NCBI GenBank assembly: GCA_965116175.1
Contig: OZ220490.1
Span: 643,548-707,547 of the forward strand
Length of the DNA: 64,000 nt
DNA from: Bdellovibrionales bacterium
GTDB taxonomy: Bacteria > Bdellovibrionota > Bdellovibrionia > Bdellovibrionales > UBA1609
Reading direction: 5' to 3'
A program made the position numbers and the translations under genes. Below the pieces are notes generated by a model. It was not told the origin of the DNA, did not search any database, and saw only the letters and a program-made list of their open reading frames with translations. This document shows, piece by piece, positions 49,095 to 57,680 of the stretch (positions are counted from its first letter, which is position 1; each line of letters starts with the position of its first letter).

Positions 49095-49388
49095 AAAATT
49101 TGAAAGAGATCAGGTTTATATTGAATTTCATCAAGACAAAATAAGACTTTGATGATTTAATTCAAAAAAAGCTTCAGGATCAGAAAGTTTATTTAATTCC
49201 CTTGGCAGTTGTAAATCAAGATAAATAGCTCCTTTAAACTGAGCAAGAACCTCTTTCGATAAAGTTGACTTCCCCACTTGTCTTGCTCCTAAAATAGCTA
49301 CAGCAGGATAGCGCTTTAAAAATTCTTTAAGTCTTTTTTCAGCTTGTTTCTTTTTAATAGAGCATGCATATTTGAAGTTATACTTCAA
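49095..49388 (-). pseudogene. AAA_14-type ATPase remnant (frameshifted and truncated)
   Basis: ...AVAILGARQVGKSTL (Walker A)...YLDLQLPRELNKLSDPEAFF...SLILS*. The expected LDEIQYKPDLFQI continues in another frame and similarity then ends before topA. Confidence 0.55.
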
Positions 49389-49397
49389 ATATGCATG
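49363..49397. repeat. 35-bp perfect palindrome (16-bp arms, 3-nt centre)
   Basis: CATGCATATTTGAAGT-TAT-ACTTCAAATATGCATG, read directly from the sequence. It overlaps the 5' end of the ATPase remnant. Confidence 0.9.
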
Positions 49398-49487
49398 AAT
49401 GTAATCAGGCTTTAGTCCAGCCGCCCTATACCCTATAGGATCAAAAATTAATCAAATTGCCTAGTTGATGAGGCCAGAACACAAAGT

Positions 49488-50012
49488 TTAGAGAGTCTTT
49501 TGGCCTTTTTCCCAAGAGCAGGGACAAAGTTCGCCTGTTTGAAGAGCATCCAAAATTCTTAATACTTCTTTAGGACTTCGTCCCACACTTAAATCTGTCA
49601 CATAAACAAAACGAATGACACCTTCTGGATCCACAATAAAAGTCGCCCTTTGAGAAACCCCTTCCTTCATGTCCAAAATGCCAAGAGAAGCTGAAAGCTC
49701 TCTTTTTATATCTGAAAGCATGGGAATTTGAATATCCTTAAGATCAGGTTCATGAGTTTTCCAGGCCAAATGGACAAACTCTGAATCCACAGAAGCTGTT
49801 AAAACCTGCGCCTTTCGCTCCTGAAATTCCTTATTCATATCACTAAAGCCTTTAATCTCTGTTGGACAGACAAAAGTAAAGTCCTTGGGATAGAAAAAAA
49901 GCACCTGCCATTTCCCTTTGTAGGTCTTATGACTTATATCCTGAAAATCCTTAGAACCAGGCATAACAGCTTTCAGGTTAAATTCAGGGAGATGATCTCC
50001 AACACCTAACAT
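49488..50012 (-). CDS. Peroxiredoxin (AhpC/Prx1-type 2-Cys)
   Basis: Peroxidatic Cys in DFTFVCPTE, resolving Cys region GELCPCSW. Size is 174 aa. Confidence 0.85.
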   Translation of the reverse strand: MLGVGDHLPEFNLKAVMPGSKDFQDISHKTYKGKWQVLFFYPKDFTFVCPTEIKGFSDMNKEFQERKAQVLTASVDSEFVHLAWKTHEPDLKDIQIPMLSDIKRELSASLGILDMKEGVSQRATFIVDPEGVIRFVYVTDLSVGRSPKEVLRILDALQTGELCPCSWEKGQKTL

Positions 50013-50364
50013 AATATATCCTCCTTTTTTGATTTTAATAATGGAAAAAAATCATAACAAAAAAAAATCCTTAAGCAAAGTTTTTTATTGTTTTTTTAAT
50101 TTTATTAAAAGCTCATATTATATTTTTCACTATATTATTGAGGAATTTTTTTATGTCCACTTTTATCAGGCTTTTTTCTAAAATTCTTATATGCAAATAT
50201 TTTTGATTTTTTTCAAAATTGTTAAAATCAAAAAGTGTCCCAAAATAGCCTCAAAAATGGATTTTTTTTCACTTTTATATTAATTTTTTCACTTTTTTTT
50301 TTAAAACCTTGAAAAGTAAAAATCTTTATAGCTAAATTTTTAATAAAAAAGCAAGGATGTATTT

Positions 50365-50967
50365 ATGAAAAACGGGATATGGGTTTTAGTCTTATTTTTT
50401 TCTCAATTCTTATGGGGAAATCAAGTGCCTTTTGGACTTGCAGAATCATATCTTAAAGCCCAAATACAAAACAGAAATCCAATTAATCAGTTTACTTTAT
50501 TCTCCTTGAAAAATAGTGGCACTTTATCTGTTTATTACTCAGAAATTGCGGAACTTACAGAAAATACCAACCTCATTCAAGGTTCATTAGGTGATGCAGT
50601 AAAAGAAATGAATAGAGACTTATTTAAAAACACAGAAGACAATATATATGAAAACAGCTGCCTTATCCTTTTTGGAGCAAAGCTGAAATGGTGGCGCTCT
50701 CTAACTGATTACAATCGTCAGATTGCCAATGATGATTCCAATGCTGCTCCAAATGTATATGACTTTTGGAGTGGCAATCAGAACTTTCGGGATAAATATT
50801 CTTTTTTGACAGATCTTTCTCCAGAAGATAAAGAGGAACTTATATTACTCATGGTAAAAGATATAGCAATCTCTAAGAATCCATCTGTATGTGTTCCAAA
50901 TCAATGGATTGTTCTGCCAAAAAGCTCTTTGTCATACACACAACCAGTCCTTGATCCCTCATATTGA
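50365..50967 (+). CDS. Secreted hypothetical protein (200 aa)
   Basis: Signal peptide MKNGIWVLVLFFSQFLWG. No recognised motif. Confidence 0.5.
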   Translation: MKNGIWVLVLFFSQFLWGNQVPFGLAESYLKAQIQNRNPINQFTLFSLKNSGTLSVYYSEIAELTENTNLIQGSLGDAVKEMNRDLFKNTEDNIYENSCLILFGAKLKWWRSLTDYNRQIANDDSNAAPNVYDFWSGNQNFRDKYSFLTDLSPEDKEELILLMVKDIAISKNPSVCVPNQWIVLPKSSLSYTQPVLDPSY

Positions 50968-51098
50968 GCTTCTGATTCATATTTATAATGGCAATAGAAA
51001 AACTAAAAAACTGTCTCATAAATACTTTCGTTAATATTGGAGTAAAATCCTAAACTTATTGGGATACCTAGTATTAAATAACACTTATGAGCTAAGTC

Positions 51099-52565
51099 TT
51101 ATTCCAGTCTATAGTTGGGAGCTTCTTTTGTGATGGTTACATCATGAACATGAGATTCTTTTAAGCTTTGGGAGCTAAGTTTGACAAATTTAACATTCTT
51201 TTGAAGGCTGGGTATATCTTTAGACCCTGTATAACCCATCCCTGACCTTAAGCCTCCAATCAATTGATCCAACAGCCCTTCTACAGAACCTCTATAAGGC
51301 ACCCGTCCTTCAATACCCTCTGGAACCAGCTTGGAAAAATCCAGCACATCCCCCTGGGCATATCTGTCCTTGGCGCCTTTTTTCATGGCTCCAAGACTTC
51401 CCATGCCTCTGTAAACTTTATAAGTTCTCCCTCTGTATAAAACAGTCTCTCCAGGACTTTCATCTGAACCAGCCAACAAATTTCCTAACATGACAGATGA
51501 GGCTCCTAAAGCCAAAGCTTTTACAATATCACCTGAATACTTAATGCCTCCATCAGCCACTATGGAACGACCCATCTTTTTTGCCATTTTTGCGCACTCT
51601 ATAACCGCACTGATTTGAGGAACACCCACCCCAGAAATAATGCGGGTTGTGCATATACTTCCTGGACCTATTCCCACTTTCACAATATCTGCGCCAGCGG
51701 AAATTAAAGCTTTAGTGCCTTCAGCTGTGGCCACATTACCTGCCATTACAAAACAATGAGAATAAGTTTTTTTTATATAACGAACCATATCCATAACTTT
51801 TTTGGAATGTCCATGAGCGGTATCCACACAAAGTAAATCCACACCGGCTTTAACAAGAGCCTGCAATCTTTCCTCTGTCTCTTTGGATACACCCACAGCA
51901 GCTCCCACAAACAATCTTCCATGAGAATCTTTATTGGCTTCTGGAAAAGCTGTTGCTTTCTCAATGTCCTTAATTGTAATAAGGCCAACCAAACAAAACT
52001 TTTCATCCACCACAGGAAGTTTTTCTATTCTGTGACGGTGAAGGATTTTTTTAGCTCCCTGAAGGGTAATGTCCTTTCCTGCTGTGACAAGCTTTTCTTT
52101 TCCTGTCATAAATTTGCGTATGGGTTGATCCAGACTTGTTTCAAAACGAAGATCCCTGTTAGTGATAATCCCCACCAGTTCTTTATCTTTGGTCACAGGG
52201 ACTCCACTGATGGAGTATGCCTTCATAATTTCATAGGCTTTCTCAAGAAGATCATCAGGAGATAAGGTCACAGGATCCAAAATCATTCCACTTTCATATT
52301 TTTTAACTTTTTCAACCTCCTTGGCTTGAGAGGATATACTTATATTTCTATGAATAACACCAAAGCCACCCCTCTGAGCCATCACCTGAGCCATTTTATT
52401 TTCAGTAACAGTATCCATAGCCGAAGATATAATCGGCATTGTTAAAACCAGCCCCTCACATAAACGAACAGAAACATCTATCTCTGTAGGAAGAACCTCC
52501 GAATAAGAGGGAAGAAGAGAAATATCATCAAAAGTAAAAGCCTGGCCAACTGTATCATTTGACAT
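51099..52565 (-). CDS. guaB: IMP dehydrogenase
   Basis: 488 aa, CBS pair insert, catalytic loop [11 protein letters not shown], and GGIKYSGD. Confidence 0.93.
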   Translation of the reverse strand: MSNDTVGQAFTFDDISLLPSYSEVLPTEIDVSVRLCEGLVLTMPIISSAMDTVTENKMAQVMAQRGGFGVIHRNISISSQAKEVEKVKKYESGMILDPVTLSPDDLLEKAYEIMKAYSISGVPVTKDKELVGIITNRDLRFETSLDQPIRKFMTGKEKLVTAGKDITLQGAKKILHRHRIEKLPVVDEKFCLVGLITIKDIEKATAFPEANKDSHGRLFVGAAVGVSKETEERLQALVKAGVDLLCVDTAHGHSKKVMDMVRYIKKTYSHCFVMAGNVATAEGTKALISAGADIVKVGIGPGSICTTRIISGVGVPQISAVIECAKMAKKMGRSIVADGGIKYSGDIVKALALGASSVMLGNLLAGSDESPGETVLYRGRTYKVYRGMGSLGAMKKGAKDRYAQGDVLDFSKLVPEGIEGRVPYRGSVEGLLDQLIGGLRSGMGYTGSKDIPSLQKNVKFVKLSSQSLKESHVHDVTITKEAPNYRLE

Positions 52566-52632
52566 TTTGAAACTCCTTGAAAATACAAAATTAAGGAATT
52601 TTAAGTCTTCCTTCTTATTATAGAGATACTCT

Positions 52633-52666
52633 AAAATACTGGATTTTCAAGAAAAATCAGTATTTT
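52633..52666 (-). terminator. Possible intrinsic terminator after the DUF151-like gene
   Basis: AAAATACTG-N16-CAGTATTTT gives 9-bp arms. The T-rich 3' side on the minus strand overlaps the stop codon. Confidence 0.35.
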
Positions 52667-53141
52667 AGTTTAAATAAAGAGGCTTATCAAGCAATACCTG
52701 CTTGCGGAATCGTTTGGGAATTTCTCCACGAGGCTGCTTAAAAAATTCCGCTTTGCAAAAAAATCGGCAATTGTTCATTATACAAAAGCAAACCACCTCA
52801 TCCGCATAAAATTGCAGGGGTTTTAAAGAATTATTAAAGGACAGTTTAACCACATCACGGCCATGTTCTGTTCGTATAAAAAAACATTGTTTTGGTAAAC
52901 TATTACTAGCTTCGAGAATTTTTTGAACAAAATCAAAGACTTTTTCTTTGTTGAGATTTTGATCAATAGCAATTCGGCTTTGTAATTCTGAAAACCAAAC
53001 TACAAAACGACTACTTCCATCTTTCTTCTTAAAAAGCATAGTGGAAGCCTCAGGAATCATTCCCCCTACAATTCCATAAGGAACAATTTCAATCCACTTG
53101 CTTTTTCTGATATTCGTTTTCTTTTTCATATTTTTTCCCAT
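52665..53141 (-). CDS. Bifunctional-nuclease (DUF151)-like protein
   Basis: WIEIVPYGIVGGMIPEASTMLFKKKDGSSRFVVWFSELQSRIAI follows the DUF151 N-terminal pattern (v.v.G...d.....vvlLk...g.r.lpIwig..EA.aIa). Its 5' end overlaps the miaB 3' end. Confidence 0.45.
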   Translation of the reverse strand: MGKNMKKKTNIRKSKWIEIVPYGIVGGMIPEASTMLFKKKDGSSRFVVWFSELQSRIAIDQNLNKEKVFDFVQKILEASNSLPKQCFFIRTEHGRDVVKLSFNNSLKPLQFYADEVVCFCIMNNCRFFCKAEFFKQPRGEIPKRFRKQVLLDKPLYLN

Positions 53142-54468
53142 AAAAGGTCATGGCATTCACTTGATTGATTGTAATAAAAATATTTTTTCCAATATCTGTT
53201 TGTTCCCCGGAAAAGTAAACCAATTTATTTTGTGTGGAACGCCCCATAAAAAGTTGTGTTTTGGGATCCTGCTTTTCCACCAAAACCTCCAGAACAGAGT
53301 TTTTATATTTCTCAGCCAGTAAAAAAGCAATCTTTTCATGTTTTTTTTGAAGTCTTGCAAGACGGATGGATTTTTCCTCTTCAGAAACTGTATTTGTCCA
53401 GACTGCTGCCTTAGTCCAGGGACGCGGTGAGTATTTAAAAGAAAACAAGGCCTCATAAGGCACTTCGTCAAGAAGTGTCATGGTGTCCTCAAAAGCCTCT
53501 TCACTTTCCCCTGGAAAGCCTACTATTAAATCTGTTGATAAAACAGATCCAGGCATTTTTTCCAAAATCATCTGAGCTTTTTCAACATACTCTTCACGGG
53601 AGTAACCGCGATTCATTCTTTTTAAAATTTCTGTATTTCCGGACTGAACAGGCAAATGGATAAAATCCATGATTTTACCCCTATGCTCCTGCATAACATC
53701 CACCAAGGCTTCATTAAAGTCCTTGGGATGGGAAGTGGTAAACCTTATCCTTTTTATATGTGTCTTCAATGCTAAAGACTTAAGAAGTTTTGCAAAATCA
53801 GCGCCGCAGGGGGATTTGTAAGAGTTCACATTTTGCCCTAGTAAAGTCACTTCCTTTACTCCTCTTTTCACAAGAGATTGGACATCCTCTATAAGATGAC
53901 TTAGAGGACGACTTCTTTCCCGACCACGAGTAAAGGGAACCACACAAAAAGTACAAAAATTATCACAACCTTTTGAAATATTTACAAAAGCTGATACACC
54001 GGGATTTCCCACCAAGGTTTGAATATGATAAGGCTCATCAGGTTTTTGCCTAGCAGAAACAAATTTCTTTTTATTATTTAATTCAGAAAGGACAGTGGGA
54101 AGCTCATCAATAGCATCTGTTCCTAAAACAAAATCTATCAAAGGGATTTGCTTGAGAAGGCGGGAACGCTCTTGCTGAGCAACACAGCCAGCCACTCCTA
54201 TCTTTAAGTGGGGTTTGCTCTCTTTAAGTTTTCTATAACGCCCTATTTCTGAATGGACTTTATGAACAGGTTTTTCACGAATGCTGCAGGAATTGATAAT
54301 AATGAGGTCTGACATCTCTGCCTGAGGAGTTGCTGTCCACCCTGACATTTCTAAAATACAACTCATCCTTTCACTGTCATTCACATTCATTTGACAGCCA
54401 TAAGTGGAAATAAAAAAGTTCTTTCTATATGACGAAATGGGTTCTGAAGCTTTTTTAATAGAGAGCAT
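53089..54468 (-). CDS. miaB: tRNA-2-methylthio-N6-dimethylallyladenosine synthase (radical SAM methylthiotransferase)
   Basis: TYGCQMN, radical-SAM CDNFCTFCVVP, and a C-terminal TRAM-like region. Confidence 0.9.
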   Translation of the reverse strand: MLSIKKASEPISSYRKNFFISTYGCQMNVNDSERMSCILEMSGWTATPQAEMSDLIIINSCSIREKPVHKVHSEIGRYRKLKESKPHLKIGVAGCVAQQERSRLLKQIPLIDFVLGTDAIDELPTVLSELNNKKKFVSARQKPDEPYHIQTLVGNPGVSAFVNISKGCDNFCTFCVVPFTRGRERSRPLSHLIEDVQSLVKRGVKEVTLLGQNVNSYKSPCGADFAKLLKSLALKTHIKRIRFTTSHPKDFNEALVDVMQEHRGKIMDFIHLPVQSGNTEILKRMNRGYSREEYVEKAQMILEKMPGSVLSTDLIVGFPGESEEAFEDTMTLLDEVPYEALFSFKYSPRPWTKAAVWTNTVSEEEKSIRLARLQKKHEKIAFLLAEKYKNSVLEVLVEKQDPKTQLFMGRSTQNKLVYFSGEQTDIGKNIFITINQVNAMTFYGKKYEKENEYQKKQVD

Positions 54469-54494
54469 GGTCTATTTTTGTTATCCTTAATGTT

Positions 54495-55250
54495 TTAATC
54501 AAAAAAACTTTCTTCATCTGACAAATCACTGACTTCTTCATCTGTAAACTTCCTAAGAGCCAGTTTAAAGTCTTTATCTGAAGAAAGGTCTTTCAAAAGA
54601 TACTCAAAAACAGCTTCTGAGTGTTTATGGGACAGAGAAATATAACTTTTAGTCAAAATATCCTGATCCACAATTTGTTTCCTTTTTTTTATGACTTTAA
54701 AAAGAGAGAAAAAATGAATGCGGCAATAGCCTTCAACAACAGCAGGATAATCACAGTTTTCAACAACACAGTATGTTCTCCCCTTCATATCCTTTAAAAC
54801 AAGCTTTTCCTCTTTTTCCTTCTCCAAAAGCTTTTCTAATTCCTTTTCACAATAAGCTAAACTGGAAACAGCACCTCTGATTTTTTTTTTTGCTGTTTGC
54901 TTCCTAGAGAAAGCTCTTTGTTCTAAAGCCTGCTTTTTTTGTTTAAAAGCCTTCTGATTTTTATCATCTTTAAGTTGTTTGGAAGGAGTTTTCAGATTTT
55001 TTAAACTTTTATTGGAACCCGATTTTTGATCGGTTTTATGAGATTGTCTTTTCTTATCTGTATTTCTTTTCAATAGTTTTTTTGTAGCTTTACCACTTAA
55101 AGCCTTCTTAGCTCTAGGTTTTTTTAAGGTTTTAAACTTGGCCTTTTTCGCCGTTTTTTTTCCAACAGCCTTTTTCTTTATTTTTTTTGACGCCCTTTGA
55201 GAAACGGCTTTTTTTATCTTAGTGGTTTTTTTTAACTTCTTTACAGACAT
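54495..55250 (-). CDS. Lys/Ala-rich basic protein (histone H1-like N-terminal half) with Cys/His-containing C-terminal domain
   Basis: About 130 aa of KKxxAKK-type low complexity, then YCVVENCDYPAVVEGYCRIHF and an acidic tail DEEVSDLSDEESFFD. Confidence 0.6.
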   Translation of the reverse strand: MSVKKLKKTTKIKKAVSQRASKKIKKKAVGKKTAKKAKFKTLKKPRAKKALSGKATKKLLKRNTDKKRQSHKTDQKSGSNKSLKNLKTPSKQLKDDKNQKAFKQKKQALEQRAFSRKQTAKKKIRGAVSSLAYCEKELEKLLEKEKEEKLVLKDMKGRTYCVVENCDYPAVVEGYCRIHFFSLFKVIKKRKQIVDQDILTKSYISLSHKHSEAVFEYLLKDLSSDKDFKLALRKFTDEEVSDLSDEESFFD

Positions 55251-55374
55251 TTTAACACCTTAGTTTTTTATCTTGCTCATCAATTTTAAAAAATATATTT
55301 CATTTCTATAACATTCATCTCAAACAATAACTATACACTTCTTTAAAGTTTTCAACTTTTTTCTCACTTAAATT

Positions 55375-56280
55375 TTAATTGATATAGATATTTCCCGTAT
55401 TTGATTCTAAAAAAACCTTTCCTTTTCTTTTAGAGCCTCTAAACCATCCTGAAAGTTTTGTCGACTTTCCCGAAAATTTTTTATAAAGATATTTTGGACC
55501 ATAAATTCTGCCCCGTTCTGTATAGGCTGTAATTTGTGGCGAATAACCTCCTACAAAAGAAAATCTCACAGCGCCCTCTCCAGAAAAAATATCAACATTT
55601 TCAGGCTGGATAACCGCTGTTATTTTCCCCGATTGGCTGGAGCCTTTAAGATCCCCTTCAAACTGTTTTAACTTAACTTCTGCCTTATTTGTTATAAAAT
55701 TTAACAGCCCTTCAGTTTTTTCAACTTTTAACTGTCCTTCATTGATATGATACTGAAATCTGCCTTTGCTTGAAGAAAGAAGGTGATTTACACGAAATCC
55801 CTTTACAGACAGGGAACCCTGATGCCGGTCAATATCTATCCGGCCTTCCTTTAAGCTCAAATTCCAGGAACCTTTGTTTTTTGAACCTTTAATATTTCCC
55901 CGAAAACTGGAAATGAACACAGGCTTTGTCCATGATGAAAAAGAACTTTGAGAAAAAAAAGAAAAAATCTTAATCGGCACAGATGGTCCTGAAATTTCCA
56001 AGGTCAAAACAGGTTTGGAAGAACTGACTCGCCATGACTTTTTAGAACTAACATTCCTGGATCTAATGGTTAAAAGCCCTCCTTCAGTATGGAAATATAA
56101 ATCCCCCATCCATTTTATTGTCCAATCAGCTGTATGATTTTTTACAACCTTTACATTTAAGTGAACAACTTTAAGAGTAATGGATTTTATTTCTCCAGCA
56201 GAAAAAGTTTTTTCCTCTCCAAATAAAGGTAAACAAAGGAAAAGGAGAAAAAAAATAATCAGTGCCTTTATTTTATTCAA
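55375..56280 (-). CDS. Secreted beta-strand-repeat protein, DUF4097-like (putative adhesin fold)
   Basis: Start moved to a TTG preceded by GAGGT, giving signal peptide MNKIKALIIFFLLFLCLPLFG. Repeated G.i.v....G.l.v pattern ending in ESNTGNIYIN. Confidence 0.45.
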   Translation of the reverse strand: MNKIKALIIFFLLFLCLPLFGEEKTFSAGEIKSITLKVVHLNVKVVKNHTADWTIKWMGDLYFHTEGGLLTIRSRNVSSKKSWRVSSSKPVLTLEISGPSVPIKIFSFFSQSSFSSWTKPVFISSFRGNIKGSKNKGSWNLSLKEGRIDIDRHQGSLSVKGFRVNHLLSSSKGRFQYHINEGQLKVEKTEGLLNFITNKAEVKLKQFEGDLKGSSQSGKITAVIQPENVDIFSGEGAVRFSFVGGYSPQITAYTERGRIYGPKYLYKKFSGKSTKLSGWFRGSKRKGKVFLESNTGNIYIN

Positions 56281-56510
56281 TTCATAACCTCTGCTTTTAT
56301 AAATTTTATCCTTATAATAAAATGTTTTTCTTTCATTGTCTTTACATTTTGTCTGTACGAAATACAAATAAAAAATCAAGACTTTGGTTTTAAAAACTCA
56401 GTTTTTCCCTTAAAAGATTATCCAATTTAATAAGAAAATCTTAAATCTGACACTATAAAAACCCGATAAATCTCATATCGGAATGCTAAAATAATATAAA
56501 GGAACTCTTT

Positions 56511-57680
56511 ATGCGCATTATATTAAAAATTCTGTTTTTCATTTTCGTTTCCACTCTCTTTGTCGCAAACAGTGAGGCCGTCATTGTGTTAAAAGTTAAA
56601 AATAAACAAGCCCTTATTCATCTGGAAGGAGTCAATACCAAAAGAGGGGCTTACTTTGAAGCTATAGATCTTTATGGAAAGAAAAAAGGGATTTTGCAAA
56701 TCAAAAGGGTGGGTCAAAAAAAAGCTATTGGTGTTTTAAAATGGGGTAAAATAGCTAAAAGATGGTCTCTAGAGCCTATCAGCAAAAACAAAGCCTTAGC
56801 CGTTAAAAAAATGGCTAAAAGAAAGGTTAAATTAGCCCTCATCCAAAAGAAAAAAATCAAAAGAAAATTGGCAAAACAAAAAATCCTTTTAAAAAAAAGA
56901 ATGGCTGCTAAAAGAAAAAAACAGAGAAGAAGAAGGTCTATTGCCTCTAATAATCAGGAAGAGTACATATTAAATGATATGCCCAAAGAATTTCAAGAGT
57001 TTCCTTCTGACAGTTCGGATTATCAATCTCAGGAAGTCTTAGCAGATGATTCAGGTTATGAAGAAGAGGGCTTTAGAAGTTCGGATCAAAATCAAGACAA
57101 AAACTTTGATTTTCAGGAAGTTTATGATGCCGAGCCAAAAGGCCCTAAACAGCTTTCTGCAGGTATAGCCCCACGCATGGAATTTGGTCTTATGCAGGTT
57201 AATCCTAATCATAATCCTGGATACATGGCGACAGGACTGGGTTATGGTCTTTCTGTTTTTGCGGATTTTGCTTTAAACAATCTTATAAGGACAGAGGGAA
57301 GTCTTGGTTTTAAAAGGTTTGCTGTTCATGCTGATGAAAATAAATGTGGAGAAAGGAGAGGCTGTTCCGTTGAAATCAACTACATTACAGCAGGCTTGAG
57401 TCTTAAAATGAATATAATGGATTTCAATGATCATAAACTGTGGGGCGCTCTTGAAGGAGTTTTAATGTATCCAATGAGACCACCGGTCAGCAATCAAATA
57501 TTAGAAAATGAAAGCTTTGATCCCCCTCATGGAACCCTTGGATTGGCCTTGGGTACAGACATCACTATGGGTAACTTTATCTTCCCTATATCTTTCAGAA
57601 GTGGTTTTCACATACCTCCTTCTAAAGGGGCCGTGGTAGGAAATGCAGGATTGCAGCTGGGTGTGGCTTATAACTTTTAA
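56511..57680 (+). CDS. Outer-membrane beta-barrel protein with Lys/Arg-rich linker
   Basis: Signal peptide. Basic segment KRKVKLALIQKKKIKRKLAKQKILLKKRMAAKRKKQRRRR followed by an acidic segment. The C-terminal roughly 180 aa are beta-barrel-like and end in LQLGVAYNF. Confidence 0.55.
   Translation: MRIILKILFFIFVSTLFVANSEAVIVLKVKNKQALIHLEGVNTKRGAYFEAIDLYGKKKGILQIKRVGQKKAIGVLKWGKIAKRWSLEPISKNKALAVKKMAKRKVKLALIQKKKIKRKLAKQKILLKKRMAAKRKKQRRRRSIASNNQEEYILNDMPKEFQEFPSDSSDYQSQEVLADDSGYEEEGFRSSDQNQDKNFDFQEVYDAEPKGPKQLSAGIAPRMEFGLMQVNPNHNPGYMATGLGYGLSVFADFALNNLIRTEGSLGFKRFAVHADENKCGERRGCSVEINYITAGLSLKMNIMDFNDHKLWGALEGVLMYPMRPPVSNQILENESFDPPHGTLGLALGTDITMGNFIFPISFRSGFHIPPSKGAVVGNAGLQLGVAYNF

Noticed and set aside
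53098-53663. Several 60-104-aa ORFs inside miaB on both strands
   Set aside because: They are all nested in the well-supported radical-SAM gene, and their low-complexity products are typical of off-frame translation.
57677-57680. Convergent relA/spoT and OM-barrel genes share overlapping stop codons (TTAA)
   Set aside because: A real but trivial consequence of compact gene packing. No functional inference is justified.
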